Positions 51,401 through 64,000 of a DNA stretch of 64,000 bases are shown here, piece by piece; position 1 is the stretch's first letter; every line of letters begins with the position of its first letter. This stretch comes from Lama guanicoe. Lineage: Eukaryota. The notes beneath the pieces are model-generated. The model had not been told where the DNA came from, did not search any database, and worked only from the letters and a program-made list of their open reading frames with translations. The translations under genes were made by a program, and so were the position numbers. The DNA lies in the NCBI GenBank assembly GCA_013239625.1, contig MU053810.1, positions 5,116,071 through 5,180,070 of the forward strand. Reading direction: 5' to 3'.

Positions 51401-52299
51401 TGTAATCATCCTCCCCACCCCCATGTACATCTCTTCTCATCTAAAAAGATCTGAAAATGAGTGATGGTTTTTGCTTTACTTAATCTTTTTCCAGTATGTC
51501 AGGTGGTGGGTTGGGCTGATGAGAGCTGATGCAGCATTGGCTCTGGATCCTCTGACAGCGTTCTGCATTCTGCTCAGCCTAGAGACCAAACTTTTGCTTA
51601 AACTAAGTTGAAAATAGTCATACAGTTTCATGGTGAGGGACCATTCAAACTGGAAGGAGGGTGGGACAGAATCCAGTTCAGTCTGTTTTGCTGATGGAAC
51701 TACAGTTGAGGGACAATAAATGATTTCCCAAAGGTCACATAACTAACTGTCACAGTCAGACCGGCTGGTTTTTTCACCACAGCACATTTTAGTAGGAAGA
51801 AACCAACCCTCCAGAAAAATTACCTTGCTCTTTTAGTCCTTTATATGTGTTAGCCTCCAACTTGGAGCAACCAGTGTTTATGAATAAATCACCTTCTGTG
51901 AAATTAGATTGCCCTCTTAAGAGTGAATTATAATATTAACCAGCACTGGCTTCCTTAACTGCTGAAACATGGCCTTGAGCTGTTGAAAAGTTTCCTTCAC
52001 TTTGTACGTCAAATTGTGTTCACATGGGCTGTATTAATGGGCACATTAAGTCACATGCTAATTTTGTGATCTCGACCAATGAGATTAACATATCTAGAGA
52101 GATGAAAAGATTTCAACTTGAAGACTTTGGACTGCAAATATAAAACAGGGGCAGGGGAGCTAATGTTGGAGTTGACCTGTATCCTGCTCAGAGCAGGGGA
52201 GAGGAAGGCTTGGCCAGGGTGTTGAGAAATTCATTTCAATTGTGAAAGTTCTATCTCAGGGAATAGGTGCTCCTTTCTTGAATTTTCTTGGCTTCCTCG

Positions 52300-53340
52300 T
52301 TTTCTTCTGACCTCTTGGACCACTCGGTCTCTCATCTTGCTGTTTCCGACTCTCCCATCTGACTTGTAAATGCAGAAGTTGCTGAGAGCTCATTCATTGT
52401 CTTTTCACTCAATACTTTGTCCCAAGGTGATCTCATTCACACTGTTGAATTTTGAGATTCATCACTCTACCTCAGATCACTTTTCTGACTCAAAATATCT
52501 ATCTGAATTTCCAACTAGATGTCCCAAGATTATCATATATACATGTTAAAAATTATATTCTTCATCTCTTCATCATAACCTCCTCCAATCTGCTCCTCCT
52601 TCAGATTTTTCCAGCTCAGAAAATGGCAGCTCCACTGCCCAGCTACTCAAATCAGAAATGTGTTTTCGTCCTTGAAATCTCTCTCCTCTTCCCCTTTCAA
52701 CCCACCACCAAGTTACATTTTTACTTCTTAAATATCTCTGGAAGCCAACAGCTCCTCTTTGTCTTCACTACCACAGTCTTGGTCTATGCCACTATCTTTA
52801 CCTGGAGGACTATGGTAGTCTCCTAAATGGTCTCCCCGCATTGTCTCATTCTTCCACCTCAATCCATGTGGGAAGTGATCATTTAAAAACATTTTCGCAT
52901 TGCGCCACCTCTCTGCTTAAAGCACATCAGTGGCCCCTGCTTCCCTCCGCATCTTCACCTTGCACTTCCTCCCTTCTCTAAGTACACTCCAGCCCCAGAG
53001 GCTGCCTTCCTCTTATGGGCTGAGGGTTTCCTGCCCCAGATCCTTTACACATTTTATTCTCTCTGGTTGGATTCTTTTCCCTCCACAATATTTCTCTTCC
53101 CCGTCACTCATTCTTTAGTCTACTTTTAAATGTCAGATCCTCAGAAATGTATCCTCTTAACTATAATATAGTACCCCCCCTTTTTCTTTCAAATCACTGA
53201 TTTCAATTTCTAGTTAAAAATGCATTTGTGTGATTATTTGTTTTCCAACATAGTTACTTTGTTCTCTCTTCTGCCCAGCAACCAGAACAGTTTCTGGCAT
53301 GTGGTGGACAGTTAGAATTTGCAGAATGACAAGGAATGAG
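52300..53340. mobile_element. L2 LINE fragments
   Basis: ggtgatctcattcac and ctctgcttaaagc, with a 3' end tctggcatgtggtgg. Confidence 0.65.
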
Positions 53341-53489
53341 CTATGTTTGCTGAAGAGATTTTTATAATCTAAATTATTTTTGTTTTGCTCTTTTCTAGCC
53401 AAGATATTCTTTTGATTACCATTTTTCTTCCCACATAGCTTGATATCTAGGAGAGAATGCACTGATCATTTGAGAGATATCTCTTAGTT

Positions 53490-55667
53490 TAATAAGTAAT
53501 GTTCACAACACCTTTTCATGATAGAAACACACACACACACAAAAACCAAAACTAGGAATAGAAGGAACTTAACATAATAACAGCTATATACCAAAAACCT
53601 ACAGTGAAAATCATGGTGAAAGATCAAAAGCTTTTCCCCTAAGATCAGGAAAGAGGCAGGGGTGCTTGCTTTTACCAGTTCTATTCAACACAGTTCTACA
53701 AGTTCTAGTCAGAGCAATTAGGCAAGAAAAAGACATAAAGGCATCCAAATCAGAAATGAAAAAGTAAAAATATCTGCAGATTATTTGCTATCCCATGTAG
53801 AAAACTCTAAAGATTTCATACACAAAAATCTGTTAAGAATTAATAAATGAACTCAGCAAAGTAACAGAGATATAAGGTCAACACACAAAAATCAGTTGTA
53901 TTTCTATAAGCTATGAACAATCTAAAAAGGAAATTACAAAAACAATTCCCTTTACAATAGCATCAAATATACTTAAAAATAAACTTAACCAAAGAAGTTA
54001 AAGACTTGTATAGTGAAAATTACAAAACATTGCTGAAAGAAATGAAAGAAGACAAAAATAGATGGAAACACAGCCCACATTCATGAATTGGAAGACTTAA
54101 CATAGTCAAAATGTCAGTATCACTTAAACCAATCTACAGATTCAATGCAATCACTATCAAAATCCCAATGACCTTTTCTGCAGAAACAGAAGAACCCATG
54201 CTAAATTCATGTGGAATCTCAAGGGACTCTGAATAGCCAAAATGATCTTGACAAAGAAGAACAAAATTGGAGGATTCAACACGTTCTGATTTTAAAACTT
54301 ACTACCAAGTGAAAGTAATAAAAACAGTGTGGTACTGGCATCAAACAGACATGCCAACCAATGGAATAGAATAGACAGCCCAGAAATAAGCCCTCACATG
54401 TATGGTCAAATTATTTTAGGCAAGAATTCCGAGACCACTCAATGGGGAGAGGACAGTCTTTTTAACAAATGGTGCTGGGAAAACTGGAGATCCGCATACA
54501 AAGAATGAAGTTGGACTCCTACCTAACGTCACGTAGAAACATCAAAATGGATCAAAGACCTAAATGTAAGACATGAAACAATAAAACTCTAAGGAAAAAA
54601 CATAGGACAAAACCTTTACAACATTGGACTTGGCATTGATTCTTTTGGATATGACACCAATGGCACAGATAACAAAAGGAAAACTAGACACACTGAACTT
54701 CATGAAAATTGAAAAGCTTTGTACATTGAAAGACAATATCAGTAAATAAAAAGGCAACTCATAGAGTAAAATATTTGCAAATCCTATATCTGATAAGGGA
54801 TTAATATAAAGAATATATAGAAAACTCCTAAAACTCAACAACAAAACCAAACAACACAATTAAAAAATTGACAAAGGACTTGACTAGACATTTCTCCACA
54901 GAAGATACACAAATGACTAATAAGCACAAGAAAAGATACTTAACATCACTACTCAGTAGGGAAATGCAAATCAAAACTGAAACGAGGTATCACCTTACAC
55001 CTATTATTATATGCTACTATCAAAAAACAGAAACAAGTGTTGACAAGGGTGTGCAGAAATTGGGCTTTTTCTACATCATTGGTGGGGATGTAAAATGAGA
55101 TAGCTGCTGTGTTAGAGAGAATGATATTTCCTCAACACCTTAAAAATAGAATTACCACATGGCCTAGCAAATCTACTTTTGCCTAAAACCCAAAAGAATC
55201 AGAAGCAGGGTCTTGCAGAGATATTTGTACCACCTATATTTATAGTAGCATTATTCATGGCAGCTAAGACATGGAAGCAATCCAAGTGACCATGAACAGA
55301 AGAATGGATGAGCAAAATGTGGTATATACATACAATGGAGTATTACTCAGCCTTAAAAAGGAAGGAAATTCTGCGAAGTGCTACAACATGAATAAACCTT
55401 AAGGACATGATGCTAAGTGACATAAGCCAGTCAAAAAAGATACATACTGCATGATTCCACTTACATGTGGTATTTATAGTAGTCAAAACCTTAGAAACAA
55501 AGTAGAATAGTGGTTCCCAGGGCTGGGTGGAGGGGAAAATGGGGAGTTGTAAAATGGGTATAGAGTTTCAGTTTTACAAGATGAAAATAGTTATGGAGAT
55601 GGATGATGGTGATGGTTATTCAACATTATAAATGTATTTAATACCACTGAACTATACACTTAAAAAT
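53490..55667 (+). mobile_element. L1 (L1MB-like), ORF2 3' half and 3'UTR
   Basis: Continuous degenerate ORF2 text (aatctacagattcaatgcaatc; ggtgctgggaaaactgg) and the end ccactgaactatacacttaaaa. Confidence 0.9.
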
Positions 55668-56169
55668 CTCTGTGTCTTTTAATTCATCCTGTCAAGACAG
55701 AACATCTGATCAGTCACCTGAGTCAAGTGTCTGTACCTCCTTTTACTGGTAGGATGATCCTGGGTGTGTGTGTGTGTGTGTGTATGGGGGGTACGCTGCA
55801 CTGGAGGTTTTCAAGGTTGGGATCCCAGGGTAGGGAGAACCTTCCCAGGAAGAATGGATGGAAAGTTTCCCCAGGAAGCCTGTGAGTGAGAAAGACAGTA
55901 AGTCTACCTACCACAGCATTGTGGGCCATGAAGAAAAGTCTATACTCTTTAGTAGACATTTACAGAAAGCAAGAGAAAAACCATCTGTTAAAAACACGAA
56001 GTTATCATTTTAACATTTAAGGCAATTCTCATTCATGACTCCAAAACATAACCACTGTAAGGCTGAAGCAATTAGAATATTTTTTGCATTGCTACTGATT
56101 TTGAATTATTTAAAACTTAGTATGTGTGGGAATTATCTTAGAAAGAAAACACTAAATTAAACATTTATC

Positions 56170-56590
56170 CTTAACTGTGGCAGAGGAGGCTGGCTGTACC
56201 AGCAGAGCCACTGGATAGAAGGAGACGAAGTCCCTGAGTGACAGCATGGAAGAGTGTACTCTCCCACCCTCATTCACAGTGCATGGGATATAGATGGGAA
56301 ATTTATCTTTTAATCAGGCAACTAAAATTTGGAGGTAGTTTGTTAAAGCAACTAGTGTTACTTAGAAAATGCAAGTGGAAATGATGTGCACCTGTCCAGG
56401 CCTGGACATGCCACCCCTCAACTCTGCAGAGAAGGGAGCTTACCCAACCCTGGAGTCTGGGGCCCTGAGTGACTGAGTGGAACAGGGATCCTGTGGGTCT
56501 CTTCACAGCACAGTCCTGCTATGGGAGCCAGAACTGAGTTTCTAATGTGCTTTATTAAACAGAAATTTTGGGGTTTCTTGTTACAGCTCT
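56170..56590. mobile_element. Old MLT1 (MaLR) LTR fragments
   Basis: gggtccctgagtgac-like motifs (twice) and aaattttgggg...ttgttacagc ends. Confidence 0.55.
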
Positions 56591-57224
56591 TCATCTTCCC
56601 TCAGTAGCAACCAACCGTTCTGGATAAGTGAGAATTTCTTATATACAGTATTGCTCTGATATTTTATAGTTCCATGTATTTTACCAAATTTCTCTAAAAA
56701 TTTCACAAGAGAATCTTTTCCTTCTTGGATACTTACAGGTTTGTTTATTTTGGGTTGAAGACAGCTCTACTTGCATAAACTTACTGCTTAAGAAATTATG
56801 TAACATTAAAAATAGAAACATCAGAATTCACAAAATAGAGAAAACCAAAAAGGAAAAGTAAGATCCTATTTTAGTGAAATACATATAATAAATTATGGAA
56901 TAAGGCACCGAGAGTAGCTAAGTTTTTAAAAGCTGGATGTCAGGAAAGAGGCTCTTCTCTTTATCCTCAATGAATGCATTTGCTAAGCTGTCGCCTTGAC
57001 TTTATGTTAGCTTCTTAATTTTTCTTCTTCCAAATGTAAACCTCTCAGCCTATATAACATTATGGATATTGAAAATATTTATAGGTGTGAATAGCTGAAA
57101 ATGACACAGGCCACCAGAGAATATATGTGATTTGTAGCTAAGACAATATGCAGAAAACACTTCAGAGTAGTAAAAAAGCTTACAGCACTATTTCTAATTC
57201 AAAATGTTAGTTTTGAATGTTATG

Positions 57225-57230
57225 TTTATT
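57225..57230 (-). terminator. Putative ENKUR polyadenylation signal AATAAA
   Basis: tttatt on the plus strand, about 50 nt past the predicted stop codon. Confidence 0.55.
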
Positions 57231-57278
57231 GTATTATTCAGTGTACAAAAAAATGTGAATTTCTGAGTACTGACTTTT

Positions 57279-57285
57279 TCAGGGC
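57279..57285 (-). CDS. ENKUR: ENKUR terminal coding exon (7 coding nt, G CCC TGA, giving ...ANKP*)
   Basis: An aatttctag acceptor about 300 nt after the donor completes codon AA|G, then CCC TGA. An AATAAA follows about 50 nt later. Confidence 0.75.
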
Positions 57286-57583
57286 CTAGAAATTAATGTT
57301 TATCTGAAATAAGTACACAATAACAATGAATTATGCTATAGAGCTGGAATACCTAACATCAAACTTTAACTGGGTTATACATGGAAACCCGGACACTGGT
57401 AAAAAAATTTTTTTTCTCTGTTAGTAAATAATCCATTTATTCTTTAAACTTTGCCTAAGCCATTTCAGTAAAACTATTTTCATACTCCCTATAGCATTTT
57501 CCGCTTTGAAAACTTACGGTTTCATTTTTTTCTGTGTTTTTTCTACGTTGAAATGACTATGTTTTTAAAAAATCCACTATTAC

Positions 57584-57753
57584 TTATTAGCAACATAAAT
57601 GATTTTGTGCTTTTCGAAGACACCAATGTCATGTTCCAGTTGCTTCATTTCTTCTTCCAGCTTCTGCTTGCGGATCTTCTTTGATATGGAGTCGATGAAG
57701 ACCGAGAGGGACTGGAATTCTTTGTGCACCTCTTCCCATTTCTTTTTCAGCCC
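57584..57753 (-). CDS. ENKUR: ENKUR (enkurin) penultimate coding exon (GLKKKWEEVHKEFQSLSVFIDSISKKIRKQKLEEEMKQLEHDIGVFEKHKIIYVAN-K)
   Basis: 170-nt exon with a tttacag acceptor and GTAATA donor. The translation closely matches the recalled C-terminal enkurin domain. Synteny with PRTFDC1 agrees with human. Confidence 0.95.
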
Positions 57754-58744
57754 CTGTAAATGGTAAAGGAGGTGTTACATCCCAAAGTAAAGGGCAGGAG
57801 TAGAGTGAATCGCAAAGAAAACTGTGCTGGTGAGGAAAAATGTAAACAGGTAAAGAAAACTGACAAAGATAACTAAAAAATGATATGTGTTTATCAAATT
57901 CTTGGCCACAATAACAAAACATACTGCACAGAGGCCAAATCCTGTCCTTGACTGTGTGCTCAATTCCCATTGCGGGTGTTTATTTTCTTTGTTTTTAATG
58001 TTACTGCACTTGGTTTTACCATCAAATATGCATATACAGAGTTATGAGGAGTATGAAACTAAGCTCGTAGCAAATGATTTGGTAAAAACGACTTAGAATT
58101 GATATCCCCACGCCAAAACAAAAATTTATGAGCAGCAAATTATTCCTTATAAAAGTTTTTAGTTTTTTTTTTAAGATTTAGACAAAAAAAATCTTCATTC
58201 TTCAATAGAGAAATCACATCACAACACTTGATTCTGACTTACATGGCCATCTTTTCTTATATCTGCCTAAATGAAGTTGCACAAAATGCCAAAATTCAAT
58301 TTAACAAAAGATGACCTTTTACGTGTTTGCTATCTTAGAAAGAACTCTTCCTCCATATAGTTAAGGAATCTGTACTTCCTATTAGTTTATTTTAGAAATG
58401 ATTGAAATGTCATTACATTTAACACATATGCTAATTCAATAATGTAATTAATGTTTTATGTTCTCAGAAACCAACAAATTCAAACTTAGGATCTCTTAGG
58501 ACCAATAAAGGTTATTTCCATCTCTGCATAGTTATCATTTCTTATCACAGTGGCACTAGAGGCCCCACTGACAAAATGGTCTTAAACTAATTGAACTCAT
58601 GCAATGAAATTTTATAAAGTAATGCTTTCTATTATTCACTCTAGATCCTCAAATCATTTTATTTACACAAAAATTAAAAGTAAAACTGAACGTAGAATTT
58701 AAAACATTGTCTTGAAATTATGATCCCTGACACACAGATGGAAA

Positions 58745-60890
58745 AGAGCTCCCACACAAATGTAAACCAAAGGAAAGCTGGAGTAGCTATGCTTATATAA
58801 GAGAAAGTTGACCTTAAAACAAAGACTGTAATAAGAGACAACAGGCATTACATAATGATAAAGGAGTCAATAAAACAAGAGGATATAACATTTGTAAATA
58901 TTTATGTACCAACATAGAAGCACCTAAATATACAAAGTAAATATTAACAGATTTTATAGAAGAAACAGACAGCAATATAATAATAGCAGGGGCCTTTAAT
59001 ACCCCACTTAATATCAATGGATAAATAGTACTGTCAGAAAATCAGTAAGGAAACACTGATTTTAAGTGATAGGTTAAATCATATGGACTTCATAGATTTA
59101 TACAAAACTTTCCATTCAAAAGCAACAAATACACATTCTTCTTAAGTATACATGGAACATTCTACAGGACAGATCATAGATAAGGTCACAATTCAAGCCT
59201 TAATACATTATAGAGGACTGAAATCATATCAAATATCTTTTCTGACAACAATAGTGTGAAACTAGAAATCAATTATTTGAAGAAAATTAGAAGATTCACA
59301 AATATGTGAAGATTAAACAATATGCTACTAAACAAGCAATGAGTCAAAGAAGAAATAAAAAGAGAAATTTAAAAAATACCTTGAATCTCACAAAAATGGA
59401 AGTATAACAACATAGATATATAACATACCAAAATTTATGAAATGCAGCAAAAACAGTTCTAAAATGGAAGTTCACAGTGGATAAATGCCTACCTCAAGAA
59501 ATAAGAAAAATCTCAAACAACCTAACTTTAAACCTCTAGGACCAGAAAAAGAAGAACAAACAAAGCCAAAAGTTAGTAGAAAGAAGGAAATAACAAACAA
59601 TAGAGCATAAATAAATGAAATAGAAACTAAAAAGACAGTAGAACAGATGAATAAAATAATAGCTGGTTCTTTGAAAGGATAAACAAAATTAATAAAGCTC
59701 TAGCTAGATTCACCAAGAAAAAAAGAGAGGACTCAAATAAAATCAGAAATGAAAGAGGAGATATTATAATGGATACCACAGAAATACAAAGAATAATGAA
59801 GACCACTATGAACAATTATATGCCAACACATCGGACAACTTAGAAGAAATGAGTAAATTCCTAGAAACATACAACCTACCAAGACAATCATGAAAAATGA
59901 GAAAACCTGAGCAGTCCAATAATGAGTTAAGAGATTGAAGCAGTAATCAAAAACCTCCCCAAGTCCAGGACCAGGTAGTGAATTCTACCAAACATCCAAA
60001 GAATTATTACCAATCTTTCTTAAACTCGTCCAAAAACAGAAAAGAATGGAATTCTTTCATACTCATTTTACAAGGACAGCATTATCCTATATCAAAACTG
60101 GACAAGGATGCCACAAGAAAAGAAAATCACAAGCCAATTATCTCTGGAACATAGATGCAAAAATCCTCAACAAATTATTAGCAAACTGAATTCAACAGTA
60201 CATTAAAAGGACCATACACAGGCATACTTTGGAGATATTTCAGGTTTGGTTCCAGATCACTGCAATAAACTGAATATCCTAATAAAGTCAGTCACATGAA
60301 TTCTTAGTTTCCCACTGCTACATAAGTTATACTTACCCTATACTGTAGTCTATTAAATGTGCAATAATACCATTATGTCTAATAAAATAAACACCTTAAT
60401 AAAAATAATTCATTGCTAAAATATGTTAACCATCATCTGGTTGTGCAGGATTGCCACAAATCTTCCATATGTAAAAACCTCAATATCTGGAAGCACAATA
60501 AAATGAAGTGCAATAAATCAAGGTATATCTGCACCAAAATCGAGAGGGATTTATTCCAGGAATGCAAGGCTGGTTCAAGTGTCTGCAAATCAGTCAACGT
60601 GATACACCACATTAATAAAATAAAGGATAAAAACCATATGATCACCTCAACTGATGCAGAAAAAGCATGACAAAATTCAACCTCCATTTATAATCAGAAC
60701 TCTCAACAAAGTGCATATAGAGGGAACATACCCCAACATAATAAAAGACCAAACATATATGACAGGCCCACAGCTACTATCATACTCAACAATGAAAAGA
60801 CGAAAGCTTTTCCTCTACGATCACTTCCAAAAATGTCCACTCTCACCACTTTCATTAACATAATATTGGAAGTCCTAGCCAGAGCATGGG
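58745..60890 (+). mobile_element. L1 ORF2 5' half (endonuclease to RT) inside an ENKUR intron
   Basis: aaagctggagtagctat, gatgcaaaaatcctcaacaaa, and ORF remnant INKIKDKNHMITSTDAEKA. Confidence 0.9.
60219..60530. mobile_element. Tigger1-derived MITE nested in L1
   Basis: TIR caggcatactttggagatatt ... aaggtatatctg. It is the reverse orientation of the 17953-18270 copy, and L1 ORF2 resumes collinearly after it. Confidence 0.85.
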
Positions 60891-61734
60891 AATGGAATAA
60901 TTTAAAACTACTGATTAAAAAAAAGAAAAAGAAAGAAAATATGTTCCTTGAAAACCATGGCCACAGATTTAGATTCATGAGCATATTAGAAGTGTCCTAT
61001 ATAAGATCTTCATAATGAGCCCTAGTACAAATTTAGTCTCGTAGAAACTTTTTGGAGACAAGATAGCTTCAGTGATTTATTTCCATGCTCAGGTAAAAAA
61101 AGACGACAAAATTGGGCACATTTTATAGGAAAACTGGTTGAGAGAAAAGGTCACAAATGTTGAACTCTTCCTAAGTGAGATTAGGATTTGGGAAAGGAGA
61201 AAAGACAGAAGGGAAAGTATCTTTCAAATTTTAAAAAGAGGGGAATGAATTAACACAGTTCTTGATATTGTATGAGAAGTATTCCAAAAAGAAATCCTCA
61301 AAAGAATTCTATTTTTCCATAGCCTTTCATTATGAAATGGGGTATATGTTTCCACAGCGCTCCATAGGAGTGCCTATTGCAGAAAGGAAATCTATGTATT
61401 TAGATACTTTGAAATATCAAAGGTTTCTCACAGCTCATTGGGTGATATTTCCCTATTACTTGTGGTCACAGCAGCTACACATTTTGCAGTATTTCTTTTT
61501 AAAGAATACTTTGCTTTATCTTCCAGTGTGTACAGTAATATTTGGATCAAAGTCAACAGCTAGGGATGGGAACTAAATGCGATTAATATTTCATATTATA
61601 TTGAAATAGCCTCTTTTCTGTTTTTAAGAGGGTTTTTTTTTTTGGTTATTTCATCTTAAAAAATGTTTTATCCACTGCAGCAAAGAGATTTTCCCATATT
61701 TTTATTTCTTAATTTTTCTCTCTTTTAGTTTGGC

Positions 61735-62290
61735 ACCGAAATAATACTGCTAATTTTGGAAAAGTTCCACACAGGGAGAAGCAGTCATAAAATAAATAAG
61801 AAGTGCCTTCAGTTTCAGGCTCCTTCTGTCTCCACCCCACCCCATCCATTCTGCACCTTCTTGTCCTGCCCTGTGACTGGGGTGGGATGGGATGGGGTGT
61901 TAATTCCTGTGGGCTGCTCCTCCCCCAGCGCTTTTGCCCTCCAGCCTCTCCCTGAGTTCAGCCAAGGAAGGCACTGGTGGGAGAGGAGACAGCGAGCTTG
62001 GGGCCTTTCTTTCCCCCTCATTTGACATGACCTGGACATGATCAGCTCTTCCGTTAGTGACTACAATGCCTATCAGGGCCCCTCTTCCAGGCTCCAGCTC
62101 TCACCCGGCTCTGGTAATGCTGTTTGTTCCCCTGTCCTTCAGCCTAGGGTGGTGGTGATTTCCACCGCCCCTGGTCCTGGTGCCTCAGTGTTCCTTGTTG
62201 GTTCCCTTAGCCCAGCTTCACTTCTGAAAATAGTTCCTCCATAAATTCTCTTCGGAATCCCAGCCCAGGTTGCCTTCCACTTCTTGCTGG
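61735..62290. mobile_element. ERVL LTR-like remnant (LTR33/LTR16 type)
   Basis: GC-richer block with gagttcagccaaggaaggcactggtgggag and ccagctctcacccggctctggtaa. Family assigned from recollection only. Confidence 0.5.
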
Positions 62291-64000
62291 ATCCACGGCA
62301 GACAGAGCTTCCGTCTGTCACCTCCTATGCACGTGTGTATAACGTGGTGGGAAAACACTGGCCTGGGAGTTGGTTGATGTGAGTTTTAGTCCCTCTTCAG
62401 CTACCTGATAATTTTGCGACCAGAGCAAAGGTAAGCCAAACTGCAAGTTCACTGACAGTAAGGACCACATTTGCTTTGCTCACAGTAGTATCTCCCGGGC
62501 TGGGTACAATGTCCAGAACAGAGAAGATGTTCAGTAGATGAATGGATGGATGAAGGAACAAATAAGCCCACTTAATACAGTTGCATTATATCCTCATCTA
62601 TGAAATGAGAAGTTTGGCATCATTAGACCAAAAGATCCTTTCCAGAATAATGAGATTGTTATTTCATGAAGAATGAGCAGAATGTGTCCTCCTCGGGGAC
62701 ATGTAACCATGCTGTCATATAACTATATGCGACTCTTAACCAGGGAGGGGAGCAGGGTTCAGGGCTTGTCAGGAGCATAGCTAGTGGCTCTGTTACCATG
62801 GCAGCTACATGACCTGGCTAACAAGGCATCCAACAAGGGAGGGTTAGCTGTTGTCCATCAACGTGGACGCAAAGGAACTCTGTAAGTGACCATGTTAGGA
62901 AGCTGAGACCTGCTTACCCACCTCAGCCAAGAAGGTGCAGGGTGGAAGAGCCTTTTCCTTCTGGGGGAAGTTCTTCCTCTCTTTATTTTTCAGCATTATT
63001 TTAGATATAAAAACCTGGCTTTCACAAAAGCATGTCTATTTTAAGAAAGGCAGAATCCAAATGAGAGAGGGGGAGGGAGAGAGGAAGAGAGGGAACCAAA
63101 CAGCAGTGCTCTTCCTTCAAGGGACATACTGTCCCACCTGCACATCTGCCAGCCTTCTTGCCTGCCTGTCTTCCTTTCCTCTTTCCAGCATACCATTATG
63201 AAACACCTGTGTTTATACTGGGCACTGGGTTAGGCACTGGGGAGACTGATAACAACAAAGAGACACAATTCTTGCCCTCAGGCCACTCCTGCTGTCTGGG
63301 AAACCCTCTTACTCTGCAGCTTAAGGCCCAGCTAAAGACCTACCTACATCCTGCAGTGAATGTTCATGCCTTGGAACCTGGTAAAACATATGATCTGTAC
63401 TCACACAATCCTACCTCTATATGTACGCATATACACAGCATCTCTCATCAATTAAATTACAACATTATCCATACCAGAAATTTTATCTTATGCCTCTTGT
63501 GGCTCAGCATGATACTCTGCAGAACAGGCATTTAATAAATGTCTACTGATGACTGTGTTGACATTGATAAAACATTAAGAATTTAAAACAGCATATGAAT
63601 CCATTTTTCAGTAGAAATTAATGCAGTAAGACTTTTTTTTGTTTGTTTTTAAAAGGTCACTAGATAAAGCTTTGTAGAAATCTTTCAAACTAACAAAACA
63701 AAGACTAAAGTGCTATTTTTACCTCAATAAGAAAGAGCATGACTACAGAAGAGCATAAGCAGCTGATTAATAAAAGCCCTCTAATGATGATGGAGCAACC
63801 CTGATCACATTCCCTGATGTCTGAAATGCTTCAAATTAAGTCTCATATTAAAAACTCCAATGTAAGTGTCTTTAAGTCTATCTTATTCAAAATAAAGAAA
63901 ACATATAAAACCTAGCACCTGGTTATTTTGAACTCTGGACATTTGGCTTAGAGGAAAGAAAAATAAAGTTGGTCTAGGGACAGTTCCAATTATTCTAGAG

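Noticed and set aside
57629..57970. 113-aa minus-strand ORF overlapping the ENKUR exon
   Set aside because: It is in a different frame from the enkurin-matching reading and has no recognisable homology.
61262..61576. 104-aa ORF in the ENKUR intron as a nested gene or missing ENKUR exon
   Set aside because: It has a non-ATG start, is AT-rich and shows no similarity to enkurin or any protein I recognise. The preceding ENKUR exon was not found in the window.
1..64000. CRISPR arrays, rRNA or prokaryote-type systems
   Set aside because: No regularly spaced repeat-spacer array or operon-like structure was seen. The window is repeat-rich mammalian intronic and intergenic DNA.

Overview
This is mammalian genomic DNA, very probably camelid, judged from five Vic-1-like tRNA-derived SINEs. 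It contains parts of two minus-strand genes in the order recalled for human 10p12. PRTFDC1 (an HPRT paralog) is represented by its CpG-island promoter and coding exons 1-3 (25771-25818, 17463-17569, 11933-12116). Its remaining exons lie off the left edge. ENKUR (enkurin) is represented by its last two coding exons (57584-57753, 57279-57285) and a poly(A) signal, with upstream exons off the right edge. Most of the rest is interspersed repeat: L1, L2, MIR, SINE, ERV1/MaLR/ERVL LTRs, and Tigger and MER DNA transposons. Nearly all listed ORFs are spurious or L1 ORF2 debris. I found no convincing novel biological system. The best leads are: an Arg-to-Trp change in PRTFDC1 at the residue equivalent to HPRT Arg48; a stop codon embedded in the last ENKUR splice donor together with an intronic poly(A) signal; RFX X-box motifs near ENKUR; an L1 that keeps its 5' tip but lacks most of the 5'UTR/ORF1; several ultra-short TSD-flanked L1 tails; and an unexplained GC-rich segment at about 20.4-20.7 kb. 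Gene and repeat identities come from recalled sequences, not database searches, and repeat boundaries are approximate.
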